A stretch of DNA of 32,000 bases from the NCBI RefSeq assembly GCF_001548275.1, contig NZ_AP014945.1:1170001-1202000 (forward strand), written 5' to 3'. Of the stretch, positions 10,160-17,601 are shown in pieces. The DNA is from Caldimicrobium thiodismutans (GTDB taxonomy: Bacteria > Desulfobacterota > Thermodesulfobacteria > Thermodesulfobacteriales > Thermodesulfobacteriaceae). The translations under genes were made by a program, and so were the position numbers. The notes below the pieces were generated by a model. That model ran no database searches, had not been told where the DNA came from, and saw only the letters and a program-made list of their open reading frames with translations. Within the stretch, counting starts at the first letter, position 1. Each line of letters opens with the position of its first letter.

Positions 10160-10745
10160 GGAAAATTAACGGGGCCTCTATTTTGTAAAAAAAGAGTGCT
10201 GTTTCTCCATAAGTTTTCTTTTTTAAAAGTTGAAAATTACCCATTCTTTCTGGTAAATAGACTTTGTCTCTCTCTTCTACAACGATTAGGGTATCCTCTT
10301 TCAAAATCTCCGTTGGCAATCTTTCCAAAGTTTTAAGAGAAAGGCCCTTTTCATAGGGTGGTGTCACAAAAACTATATCAAATAAAAGCTTAGAATTTAT
10401 GGAAAGTGTTACTATATTTTCAAATCCCTCTGGAAGCTTGAGTTTTAAAACTATAGCTTTTTCGTCTATTCTTAGTTTGTTAAGATTTTTTTTAATTAAT
10501 TCTATACTTTGGGGGCTTGAATCAACAAAGATCACTAAATTAGCTGAACGGGAGAGGGCTTCGATTCCGAGGGCCCCTGTTCCCGCAAATAAATCTAAGA
10601 CCTTCTGGCCCTCAAGGTTATTTCCTATAATATCAAAAAGGGCCTTGCGAATTCTACTTCTTAATGGTCTTATCTCAAGGGATTTAGAAGATGGGGTAAA
10701 AAGCTTTTGACCTTTAAATTTGCCACCAGTTATCTGCAAGGGCAA
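10143..10745 (-). CDS. rsmD: 16S rRNA (guanine966-N2)-methyltransferase RsmD-like
   Basis: SAM motif LDLFAGTGALGIEALSR. A (D/N)PPY-type motif is present as VTPPY. Size is about 200 aa. Confidence 0.8.
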   Translation of the reverse strand: MPLQITGGKFKGQKLFTPSSKSLEIRPLRSRIRKALFDIIGNNLEGQKVLDLFAGTGALGIEALSRSANLVIFVDSSPQSIELIKKNLNKLRIDEKAIVLKLKLPEGFENIVTLSINSKLLFDIVFVTPPYEKGLSLKTLERLPTEILKEDTLIVVEERDKVYLPERMGNFQLLKKKTYGETALFFYKIEAPLIFLKGNR

Positions 10746-10748
10746 TCT

Positions 10749-11621
10749 TCAAGCAATAAGTTTCAACCAGTTAGCAGGCAGAGAAAAATAATAGGGATTT
10801 AACCCTGGATGATAATATCTGCCATGATAATTTTTAAAAGGGGTGAACCAGGGCTTATTCTCCAGAGCTCCCACTAAAAAGGCAATTTCCTCACCATAGC
10901 ATGGCACATAGGCCCGGGCTACCTTAAGGTATGGAAAAACCTCCTTGGAATTGGAGTAAGCCTCCTTTAAGACATGGGGAAAATAAACAGGTAAACTTGC
11001 CTGTTGAATAAAAACACCATGAGGTTTTAAAACTCGTTTGACCTCTGCATAAAATTCCTGAGTATAAAGGGTTTTAGCTGGCCCTACAGGATCGGTGCAG
11101 TCCACGATAACAAGGTCAAAGGAGGCCTCTGCACTTTCTTTAAGGCCAAGATACCCATCTTTGATTATAAAATTTACCCTTGGATCTTCGTAGTCACCAC
11201 TAATTTTAAAAAAATACTTTTGAGAAAGGTCAAAAACTAATTTGTCAACCTCATATTGAACAATTTTTTTTATCTCGGGAATTTTTTGAATTTCTCGCAA
11301 AACTCCCCCATCTCCTCCACCAATAATAAGAATATCCTCTGGGGATTCAGAAAGGAGCCCCAGAGGTAAAAGAGTAATGGTTTCGTGATAGATATACTCG
11401 TCCCGCTCGGTAAACTGGACAATGCCATCTAAGACAAGAAAATAGCCCCAGGAGGGATTTTTAAAAATCTGGACCTTCTGAAGGGCCTTTTCCTCAAAGA
11501 CTAATTCAACAGCGTAGCTATGGCCAAAGTCTTTGAAAATTCTCTCTCGCCACCAAAAACTTCCAGTCAAGTTTCCCCCCAATCTGGTTGAGTTAATCCT
11601 CTGGTAACCTCTGCAATACAA
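10749..11621 (-). CDS. speE: Polyamine aminopropyltransferase (spermidine synthase); more likely start is TTG 11570, which overlaps the speH-like stop as TTGA
   Basis: GGGDGGVLREI and VDCTDPVGPA motifs. There is no internal Met. TTG at 11570 is in frame, preceded by a G-rich SD-like run. Confidence 0.9.
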   Translation of the reverse strand: MYCRGYQRINSTRLGGNLTGSFWWRERIFKDFGHSYAVELVFEEKALQKVQIFKNPSWGYFLVLDGIVQFTERDEYIYHETITLLPLGLLSESPEDILIIGGGDGGVLREIQKIPEIKKIVQYEVDKLVFDLSQKYFFKISGDYEDPRVNFIIKDGYLGLKESAEASFDLVIVDCTDPVGPAKTLYTQEFYAEVKRVLKPHGVFIQQASLPVYFPHVLKEAYSNSKEVFPYLKVARAYVPCYGEEIAFLVGALENKPWFTPFKNYHGRYYHPGLNPYYFSLPANWLKLIA

Positions 11622-12007
11622 ACCTTCTCTGGAAGAAGGGTTTCCTGAAGTCTTTCTAAAATCTTATAGGCCCTTTCCTTAGTATCTGCAATAATATCAA
11701 TAGCGGAGTAGCCATTTTCAGGCCAGGTATGAATATAGATATGGGCTTGCCCGGTATTTACCTGAGCAGAGACGCCAAAGGGTTTAAACTGATAACTAAA
11801 CACCCTTAAGGACTCTTTTTCTGCAACTCCATTTAGGGCATAAATAAGAGAGGCTTCTACCTCCTTTGCCTCCGCCAGTCTTTCAAAAGGGGAATTCCAG
11901 AATTCAACAACCAGATGATAGCTCCAGATGCATCGTTTATAAGCACCTTGCTGAATGGGGGTTAATTCAAAATTTTCAACGAGACAGGTGTTTTGCATCA
12001 CCCTCAT
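11567..12007 (-). CDS. S-adenosylmethionine decarboxylase (SpeH/class 1 SpeD) homologue lacking the self-processing Ser
   Basis: HLVVEFW and PFGVS...HIYIHTWPENGYSAIDI align with class 1 AdoMetDC. The ES-H cleavage motif reads QA-H, and the downstream FTCG Cys position reads D. Confidence 0.8.
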   Translation of the reverse strand: MRVMQNTCLVENFELTPIQQGAYKRCIWSYHLVVEFWNSPFERLAEAKEVEASLIYALNGVAEKESLRVFSYQFKPFGVSAQVNTGQAHIYIHTWPENGYSAIDIIADTKERAYKILERLQETLLPEKVCIAEVTRGLTQPDWGET

Positions 12008-12020
12008 AACTCACCTCCCC

Positions 12021-12050
12021 CCAGGCAAGGTGCCTGGTTTTTTGATTTTT
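12021..12050 (+). terminator. Intrinsic-terminator-like hairpin plus T-tract (plus-strand sense) between the speH-like start and tRNA-Pro
   Basis: CCAGGCA-AGG-TGCCTGG (12021-12037) is followed by TTTTTTGATTTTTT. No plus-strand gene lies upstream, so the role is uncertain. Confidence 0.35.
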
Positions 12051-12065
12051 TGGCAATAAAAAAAA

Positions 12066-12139
12066 TCGGGACGGGCGGATTTGAACCGCCGACCCCCCAC
12101 ACCCCAAGCGGGTGCGCTTCCAGGCTGCGCTACGTCCCG
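12066..12139 (-). tRNA. tRNA-Pro (anticodon GGG), 74 nt, CCA not encoded
   Basis: Folded manually: acceptor CGGGACG/CGTCCCG, D arm GCGC-AGCCTGGAA-GCGC, anticodon arm CCCGC-TTGGGGT-GTGGG, variable loop GGGTC, T arm GGCGG-TTCAAAT-CCGCC, discriminator A. Confidence 0.93.
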
Positions 12140-12180
12140 ATTAGAAAATCAAATAACAAATCTATAATAAATAATTTTTG

Positions 12181-12417
12181 GCAGTTGTCAAGTAGATGTA
12201 TGCGTCCATATCTTTTGAGACTCTATAGGTTCTTTTCTTTGGGCGTAACACAAATCCTCAAATAAGTCTTCTTCCCAATACCATATAAAACTCTCCTCTA
12301 ATGTCCTATTAAATCTCTCCACATACCCATTCCCCTTCGGAAAGAGGAGCTTTTTTACCCCACTTCCTTTTTCTTGTAAGGATCTGAACTTATGCAAAAA
12401 TGATCTGAATTTATGCA
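12181..12417 (-). mobile_element. Decayed IS copy E1: both element ends retained around a transposase C-terminal remnant
   Basis: L-end GCAGTTGTCAAGTAGATGTATGCGTCCATATCTTTTGAGACTC. R-end GATCTGAACTTATGCA at 12381-12396, with a second copy GATCTGAATTTATGCA at 12402-12417. Both ends recur at 13986-14476 and 20672-20955. Confidence 0.7.
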
Positions 12418-12418
12418 T
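12188..12418 (-). pseudogene. rve-type (IS481/IS3-like) DDE transposase, C-terminal remnant only
   Basis: FPKGNGYVERFNRTLEESF matches the region around the catalytic Glu of rve integrase-type transposases. The N-terminal MHKFRSFLHKFRS is translation of the tandem terminal repeats, not real protein. Confidence 0.7.
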
Positions 12419-12498
12419 TTATTGCGCATTTTGTTAAATCTAAAAATCTCTCCCCTTGAGCTACTTACTTTTATTGGTAATCTTCTAAATTAAACTTT

Positions 12499-12900
12499 TT
12501 AATCCTCAAAAAAACTCTCAAATTCACGCGGGGAGACAATTTTAATATCCTTATATCTTTTCATTTTCAATAATTCTCTATCACCACTCACCAAATAATC
12601 TGCTTTTGCTGAAAGAGCACATGACAAAATACGGTCATCATCCCCATCCACACAAATACCCCTCACAACTTCAACAGAATTGATAATTTTAGAAACTTCC
12701 AAAATTAAATCTACTGCTTCCCTAATTAATTCCAGGGGAGCTTTGACTTTCTGCTTAAGTACTCTCTCAAATTCGTCAAGAATTTCAGGACAAACATACA
12801 ATTGAAAATCCCCTTTACGGGCTCGAATAAGCAATCCTGCACATAGACCTTCGGTAAGAAAAGCAGATACAAAAACATTCGTATCAAAAACAACTCTCAT
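12499..12900 (-). CDS. vapC: PIN-domain ribonuclease toxin (VapC-like)
   Basis: MRVVFDTNVF (first acidic residue), EILDEFERV, and the DGDDD...SGDREL acidic cluster. The ATG overlaps the antitoxin stop (ATGA). Confidence 0.85.
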   Translation of the reverse strand: MRVVFDTNVFVSAFLTEGLCAGLLIRARKGDFQLYVCPEILDEFERVLKQKVKAPLELIREAVDLILEVSKIINSVEVVRGICVDGDDDRILSCALSAKADYLVSGDRELLKMKRYKDIKIVSPREFESFFED

Positions 12901-13115
12901 GAAATAGATTTAAAGACATCTTCTTCACTTACAAAACCAGCTTTCTTAGCAAATGGTCTAAATTCTTTTTTTAAATATTTAAACTTCATTTCCCAAATAT
13001 AAAGGCTGAGAGACTCCCTTATAATGTCGCTTTTACTGCGTCCGCTTACCTTTGAAAGTTCATCAAGTGATTTTGATAACTTTTCAGGGAGACTAATTGA
13101 TAAAATACTTCTCAT
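12897..13115 (-). CDS. Ribbon-helix-helix (CopG/VapB-like) antitoxin
   Basis: N-terminal beta-strand/helix pattern ILSISLPEKLSKSLDELSKVSGRSKSDIIRESL. About 72 aa. SD GGAGG lies 7 nt upstream. Confidence 0.8.
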   Translation of the reverse strand: MRSILSISLPEKLSKSLDELSKVSGRSKSDIIRESLSLYIWEMKFKYLKKEFRPFAKKAGFVSEEDVFKSIS

Positions 13116-13133
13116 TTTTAAACCTCCAACTAC

Positions 13134-13162
13134 AATTTAATACAACTATCACTTAATGTCAA
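13134..13162 (-). promoter_or_regulatory. Candidate promoter of the RHH-PIN operon: TTGACA-N17-TAAATT (minus strand)
   Basis: Reverse complement of 13157-13162 is TTGACA. A 17-nt spacer follows. Reverse complement of 13134-13139 is TAAATT. SD and ATG follow downstream. Confidence 0.5.
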
Positions 13163-13352
13163 TATCAACTAAAACATCTTTCTCATTCAGAAAATATTCA
13201 GGTGTTTCAATAAAAAACTTTCTTGTATATACGCACCTGCTTTCTATATCTACTAACTGTCTAAATCTTATCTTAATACTTTTAAGTCTTTGAAATTTTG
13301 TTCCTTCTTTATCCTGCCACATAGTTCAAAATTAAACCAGGTATGCCAAGAA

Positions 13353-13670
13353 TTAGAGTAAAACCACCATAAACCACCCACTAAAAAATTGAAAGCGCTT
13401 CTCCAGGGCCTCAAAACGCTTGTCCATCTCCCTCTGTAAAGCTTCAAAACGCTCATCCATCACCTCAAAGCGTTTCTCCACAAATTCCCTTAAAGCCTTA
13501 AGCTCTTCCTCTACCCTCACCACCCTCTCTATCAATGATAACTCCTTCAATTTTGCCTCATTCACCCTTATGAACTCCATAATCTTCTCACCCAAAATCT
13601 CCGATGCAACCCTCTCCACCAAATCCTATATCGCCTGCTCTGATACCCCCTGTAATCCTAAACCAGCCAT
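13353..13670 (-). pseudogene. Coiled-coil protein gene interrupted by an in-frame TAG (codon 15); the C-terminus is possibly frameshifted as well
   Basis: AGGAGG (13683-13678) is followed 7 nt later by ATG 13670, reading MAGLGLQGVSEQAI-TAG-DLVERVASEILGEK... Repeats KRFEVMDERFEALQREMDKRFEALEKRF. A hydrophobic tail continues in another frame (ORF 13268-13456). Confidence 0.45.
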
Positions 13671-13985
13671 TTTTCTACCTCCTGCTTATTCCCCTCTACC
13701 TCTTTTCTTTACCTCCCTATAACCTTAACTCAAACTTCCATATAATCAAAAAAGTGCAGATGGTCACCATTCAAAACTTTGAACAACTAAAATACCCTCT
13801 TCCTCTGCCGTCTTTAAGGCCCTTGGCCTTGCAAAATGGGTATTGCCTGCTCAATTTTAATAGAATCTTTATAAAAAGGTTTCTTAATGAAGGCTCAAGC
13901 GCATCCAAAGCCTGCATTATCTCTGCTGAATATATACCCATAATTAAAATACTAATCCTCTTTTAATCATTTGTCAAATTTCGTA

Positions 13986-14325
13986 TAAGTCCATATCTTT
14001 TGAGACTCAATAGTATTTTTTCCTTAGGCGTAACACAAATTAAATCTCTCCACACACCTATTCCCCCTTAAGAAAGAAAGGATAAAAAATCTGCAAAATC
14101 TTTCCTTAAGTAGGGGTTTAAAATTTTAGACCCCTTGAATTTTTTTGTGGGTCTGTTGTAGAACAGACATTCTTGTCTGTGTTTCTTTCATACATGGGAG
14201 TGTAATTTACCTCCACAGGCAAGATTGCCTGTGTTACTTTCAGACTTGTATTACCTCTCTTGTATAGATATCTAATTCCTCTTTTAGCACCTTTCCTTTT
14301 TTTTGTAAGGATCTGAACTTATGCA
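13986..14325 (-). mobile_element. IS-derived miniature element E2: L-end, shortened transposase remnant, about 190-bp hairpin-rich core, R-end
   Basis: CCATATCTTTTGAGACT at 13991-14007. Hairpins GGGGT/ACCCC (14113-14134), GTCTGTT-GTAG-AACAGAC (14151-14168) and CACAGGCA-AGAT-TGCCTGTG (14214-14233). R-end GGATCTGAACTTATGCA ends at 14325. Confidence 0.7.
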
Positions 14326-14476
14326 GTTAGATGTATGTGCCCATATCTTTCCTGCCTGCGCAGGCAAATAAGACTTAATGAGAAATTTTTGCTACCTTTT
14401 TTGCCCTTCCCATTTCTTGGAAGAAGGTGAACTTACACAAAAAAACCCTTTTAATTTAATGATGTGAACTTATGCA
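14326..14476 (-). mobile_element. Miniature element E3 abutting E2: L-end, 14-bp palindrome and degenerate double R-end
   Basis: GTTAGATGTATGTGCCCATATCTT (L-end), TGCCTGCGCAGGCA palindrome at 14353-14366, GGTGAACTTACACA, and GATGTGAACTTATGCA (14461-14476). Confidence 0.55.
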
Positions 14477-14554
14477 TTTTAGAACCCCCTTGTTTTTTTA
14501 AAAAAACTTGGTATATGAAAACCTAATGACCATTTTTCATAGGAGGAGGTGGAA

Positions 14555-15955
14555 ATGAAGAGAGCTATTCTTACAGGTATTACAGGCCTTACTTTACTTT
14601 CTGGGGCCTCATCCCTTTTAGCCATTGATCATCAAATTGGAGCTCATTTAAGGTTTAGATACGAAAACTGGGACAATCTGATCACCCTGGGCACAAACAC
14701 TGCGGTAAATTCTTTTAAGGACCGTTCTTTTTTTAGACTAAGGGCTATGCTCTGGGATGATATTAAATTTAATAATCAAACAAGCCTTCGCATCAGATTA
14801 AATACAGAACCAAAATATCAAATGGGCCCCTATTATCACATGTTGAAAGACAATGTAGATCGCAGAAAATTTGACCAGGATGAAGTAGTTATTGATAATC
14901 TCTATCTTGACATAAAGAGACCCTTTAATCTTCCCCTTGACTTAAGGATTGGTAGGCAGGATTTTCTTGGCCCGGATACCTACGGAGAGGGCTTTCTTAT
15001 TCTTGATGGAACCCCAGGAGATGGCTCAAGAACCTTTTATTTCAATGCCCTAAGAGCAAGGCTTTTCCTGAGTAATAAAGATTCCATTGATTTTGTGGTC
15101 CTAAAGCAAAAGGAAAGAGATGTCTATCTTCCAAGTCTTCACCCTTCCTATGATGATGGAAATGGTAAAAATTATATCTACCACAAAAAAAGGCTTACGG
15201 CCTCAAATGAATTTGCCTTCTTTACTTATGGAAGATTTAAACCCTGTCCAGAGCTACAACTTGAACCTTACTATATTTACAAAAAAGAAGAAAACTCTAC
15301 AACATCTTCATATGCCATACCAGCAAGCTATCTCCATAACATTGGTTTAAGAGGGGTTTACAGTTTTACCAAAGATCTCAGAGTAAGAGCTGAACTTGTT
15401 CGCCAGTTTGGAGAGTATTCAAATGGCACAGATAGAAGGGCCTGGGGTGGTTATGCCTTTTTGGAGAAGGCCTTCCCCAATTGCCCTGCCAAACCCACAG
15501 TGGAAATTGGTTATGTCTATCTCTCAGGAGATGATCGCCATTCCAAAAAAGATGAGGCCTTTAATCCCCTCTTTTCAAGAAATCCCAACTGGAACGAACT
15601 AATTATTTACACATATCTTCTTGAAAACATCAATAAAAGTGGAGCCATCGCTGGATACTGGACAAATCTTAAAATGCCAATGATAAGAGTTAAAGCCTCT
15701 CCTATAAAGGATTTAACTCTCCAGTTAAGTTATCAAAAACTTTATGCAGATGAAAAAACAAAAAATTTACCTACCTTTATGTTTTCCAATAAAGGCACTG
15801 ATAGAGGGGATCTTTATTTGGGCATAGTCAATTATAAATTCACTAAGTCCCTTGATGGTATGCTTCAGTATGAAATTTTTGACCCAGATGATTTTTATTC
15901 CAAGGAAGCCAAAACCGCACACTTCTTTAGAGCCCAGATCCAGTATAAGTATTAA
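14555..15955 (+). CDS. Outer-membrane beta-barrel porin (alginate-export-like family); start set at ATG 14555 after AGGAGG
   Basis: Signal peptide MKRAILTGITGLTLLSGASSLLA. Alternating amphipathic strands. The terminus ...AQIQYKY has an aromatic last residue. Confidence 0.6.
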   Translation: MKRAILTGITGLTLLSGASSLLAIDHQIGAHLRFRYENWDNLITLGTNTAVNSFKDRSFFRLRAMLWDDIKFNNQTSLRIRLNTEPKYQMGPYYHMLKDNVDRRKFDQDEVVIDNLYLDIKRPFNLPLDLRIGRQDFLGPDTYGEGFLILDGTPGDGSRTFYFNALRARLFLSNKDSIDFVVLKQKERDVYLPSLHPSYDDGNGKNYIYHKKRLTASNEFAFFTYGRFKPCPELQLEPYYIYKKEENSTTSSYAIPASYLHNIGLRGVYSFTKDLRVRAELVRQFGEYSNGTDRRAWGGYAFLEKAFPNCPAKPTVEIGYVYLSGDDRHSKKDEAFNPLFSRNPNWNELIIYTYLLENINKSGAIAGYWTNLKMPMIRVKASPIKDLTLQLSYQKLYADEKTKNLPTFMFSNKGTDRGDLYLGIVNYKFTKSLDGMLQYEIFDPDDFYSKEAKTAHFFRAQIQYKY

Positions 15956-16057
15956 CTCTCTTACATCTTGTTTTTACCTCAAAAAAGATTAAGATTTTTA
16001 CAATCTCTGAGTTTTTCCAAAAATAATTAAAAAGATTTTACATAAAAGGGGGGCGAG

Positions 16058-16378
16058 ATGGAGAAAATAGTTTTTCTATATGTAACTACCTTTTCGCCTG
16101 AGGAAGCAGAAAAAATTGGAAAAATTCTTCTGGAAAAGCGGCTTTGTGCCTGTGTAAATATCTATCCAGGGGTTAGATCCCATTACTGGTGGAAGGGAAA
16201 AATTGATTCCTCAGAAGAGGCTATTATGATGGTGAAAACTCGGGAATCCCTTATTTCAGAAGCAGAAAGAGTTATCAAAGAAAATCATAGTTACACCTGT
16301 CCTTGTATTGCCAAAATACCTGTAGAAATTATCTTTAAGCCCTTTGAGGAATGGCTATTAAAAGAAACGGAGGGATAG
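16058..16378 (+). CDS. cutA: Divalent-cation tolerance protein CutA
   Basis: About 106 aa with LCACVNIYPGVRSHYWWKGKI...EEAIMMVKT, the CutA1 signature region. Confidence 0.85.
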   Translation: MEKIVFLYVTTFSPEEAEKIGKILLEKRLCACVNIYPGVRSHYWWKGKIDSSEEAIMMVKTRESLISEAERVIKENHSYTCPCIAKIPVEIIFKPFEEWLLKETEG

Positions 16379-16390
16379 AACGGAGGAAAA

Positions 16391-17170
16391 ATGCTTAGCA
16401 AGCGGATAGTTGTCTGTCTTGATGTGAAGGAGGGAAAAACCACAAAAGGGGTAAAATTCAAGGATAATATTGAGGTTGGAGATCCTGTTGAGATGGCTGA
16501 AAAATACTATCTTGATGGGGCAGATGAGATTGTTTTTTATGATATTACTGCCAGTGCGGAGCATCGCCCTATTATGATTGATGTGGTGAGAAGAACAGCT
16601 GAGCGTATTTTTATCCCCTTTTCTGTGGGAGGAGGCATTCGCACCGTGGAGGATATGCGCGAGGTTCTTCTTGCAGGGGCAGAAAAGGTCTCGGTGAACA
16701 CTGCAGCCGTTCTCAATCCCAGGCTTATTTATGAGGGGGCTAAAGCCTTTGGATCCCAGTGCATTGTTCTTGGAATGGATGTAAAAAAAGTAGAAAGATC
16801 AGCCAAAATTCCTTCAGGGTATGAGGTTTGGATTAAAGGTGGAAGACAGCCCATGGGGATTGATGCGCTGTGGTGGGCAAAGGAGGCAGAAAACCTCGGG
16901 GCAGGAGAGATTGTGCTTAACTCTATTGATGCCGATGGAACAAAGGAAGGCTACGAGCTAACCATTACGGAGATGATTGCCACCGCTGTAAAGATTCCTG
17001 TTGTTGCCTCAGGTGGAGCAGGCCATCCCGAACACCTTTATGAGGTGCTTACCAGAGCCAAAGCTGATGCAGCCCTCATTGCTTCAATGGTGCATTATGG
17101 AATATATACTATAAAAGAAATCAAAGATTATTTAGCCCAAAGAGGGGTAAAAGTTCGCCTTAAATGGTAA
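16391..17170 (+). CDS. hisF: Imidazole glycerol phosphate synthase cyclase subunit HisF
   Basis: [26 protein letters not shown], and VASGGAG phosphate-binding motifs. SD GGAGG lies upstream. Confidence 0.95.
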   Translation: MLSKRIVVCLDVKEGKTTKGVKFKDNIEVGDPVEMAEKYYLDGADEIVFYDITASAEHRPIMIDVVRRTAERIFIPFSVGGGIRTVEDMREVLLAGAEKVSVNTAAVLNPRLIYEGAKAFGSQCIVLGMDVKKVERSAKIPSGYEVWIKGGRQPMGIDALWWAKEAENLGAGEIVLNSIDADGTKEGYELTITEMIATAVKIPVVASGGAGHPEHLYEVLTRAKADAALIASMVHYGIYTIKEIKDYLAQRGVKVRLKW

Positions 17171-17601
17171 TGAAAAAGGTAAATCAGGACATAAGATGGA
17201 AGCAGAGGTTTTCCAATTTTAAAAAGGCCTTAAAACAACTTGAAGAGGCCATAGAGCTTTCCCATCAAAGAGACCTTTCCCCTCTTGAAAAACAGGGAGT
17301 AATAAAGGCTTTTGAATACACTTATGAGCTTTCCTGGAATCTCATAAGAGACTATCTTATCTATCAGGGGCTTTATGAAATAAGAGGGTCAAGAGATGCC
17401 CTAAAATTGGGATTCAAATACGGGCTTATTGAAGATGCTGAGGTCTGGCTTCAGATGATTTCAGCAAGAAATCTAAGCTCACACACTTATAATGAAGAAA
17501 CTGCTGAAGAAATTTTAAAAAAAATCCTTCAAAACTTCTATTTTGAATTTAAAAAACTTCTTCAAAAATTTGAAGAACTTGCTGAGAAAGAAAGGGTATG
17601 A
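17164..17601 (+). CDS. HEPN-domain protein of the HI0074 nucleotidyltransferase-substrate-binding family (toxin component of HEPN/MNT pairs); alternative start ATG 17170 overlaps the hisF stop (TAATG)
   Basis: R-x4-H motif RNLSSH, and helical family signature [18 protein letters not shown]. Confidence 0.8.
   Translation: MVMKKVNQDIRWKQRFSNFKKALKQLEEAIELSHQRDLSPLEKQGVIKAFEYTYELSWNLIRDYLIYQGLYEIRGSRDALKLGFKYGLIEDAEVWLQMISARNLSSHTYNEETAEEILKKILQNFYFEFKKLLQKFEELAEKERV

Noticed and set aside
11993-12265. 90-aa plus-strand ORF spanning the tRNA-Pro region
   Set aside because: It reads through the complement of a well-folded tRNA gene and an IS end, with no RBS. It is spurious.
13420-13966. Plus-strand ORFs of 100 and 120 aa with Ser/Pro/Leu-rich products
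   Set aside because: They are antisense to the coiled-coil gene or lie in CT-rich low-complexity DNA. They have no RBS and no recognisable motifs.
14106-14325. Hairpin-containing repeats considered as CRISPR repeats
   Set aside because: There are only two long (about 225 bp) copies 6.4 kb apart. They are flanked by IS-end sequences, with no short repeat-spacer periodicity and no cas genes in the window.
12140-14540. Search for a duplicated tRNA-Pro 3' segment (att site) bounding the accessory patch
   Set aside because: No second copy of GGTTCAAATCC/acceptor-stem sequence was seen in the patch. The patch also lies on the 5' side of the tRNA, so a classical tRNA-targeting integrase island is not supported. 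IS-mediated assembly fits better.
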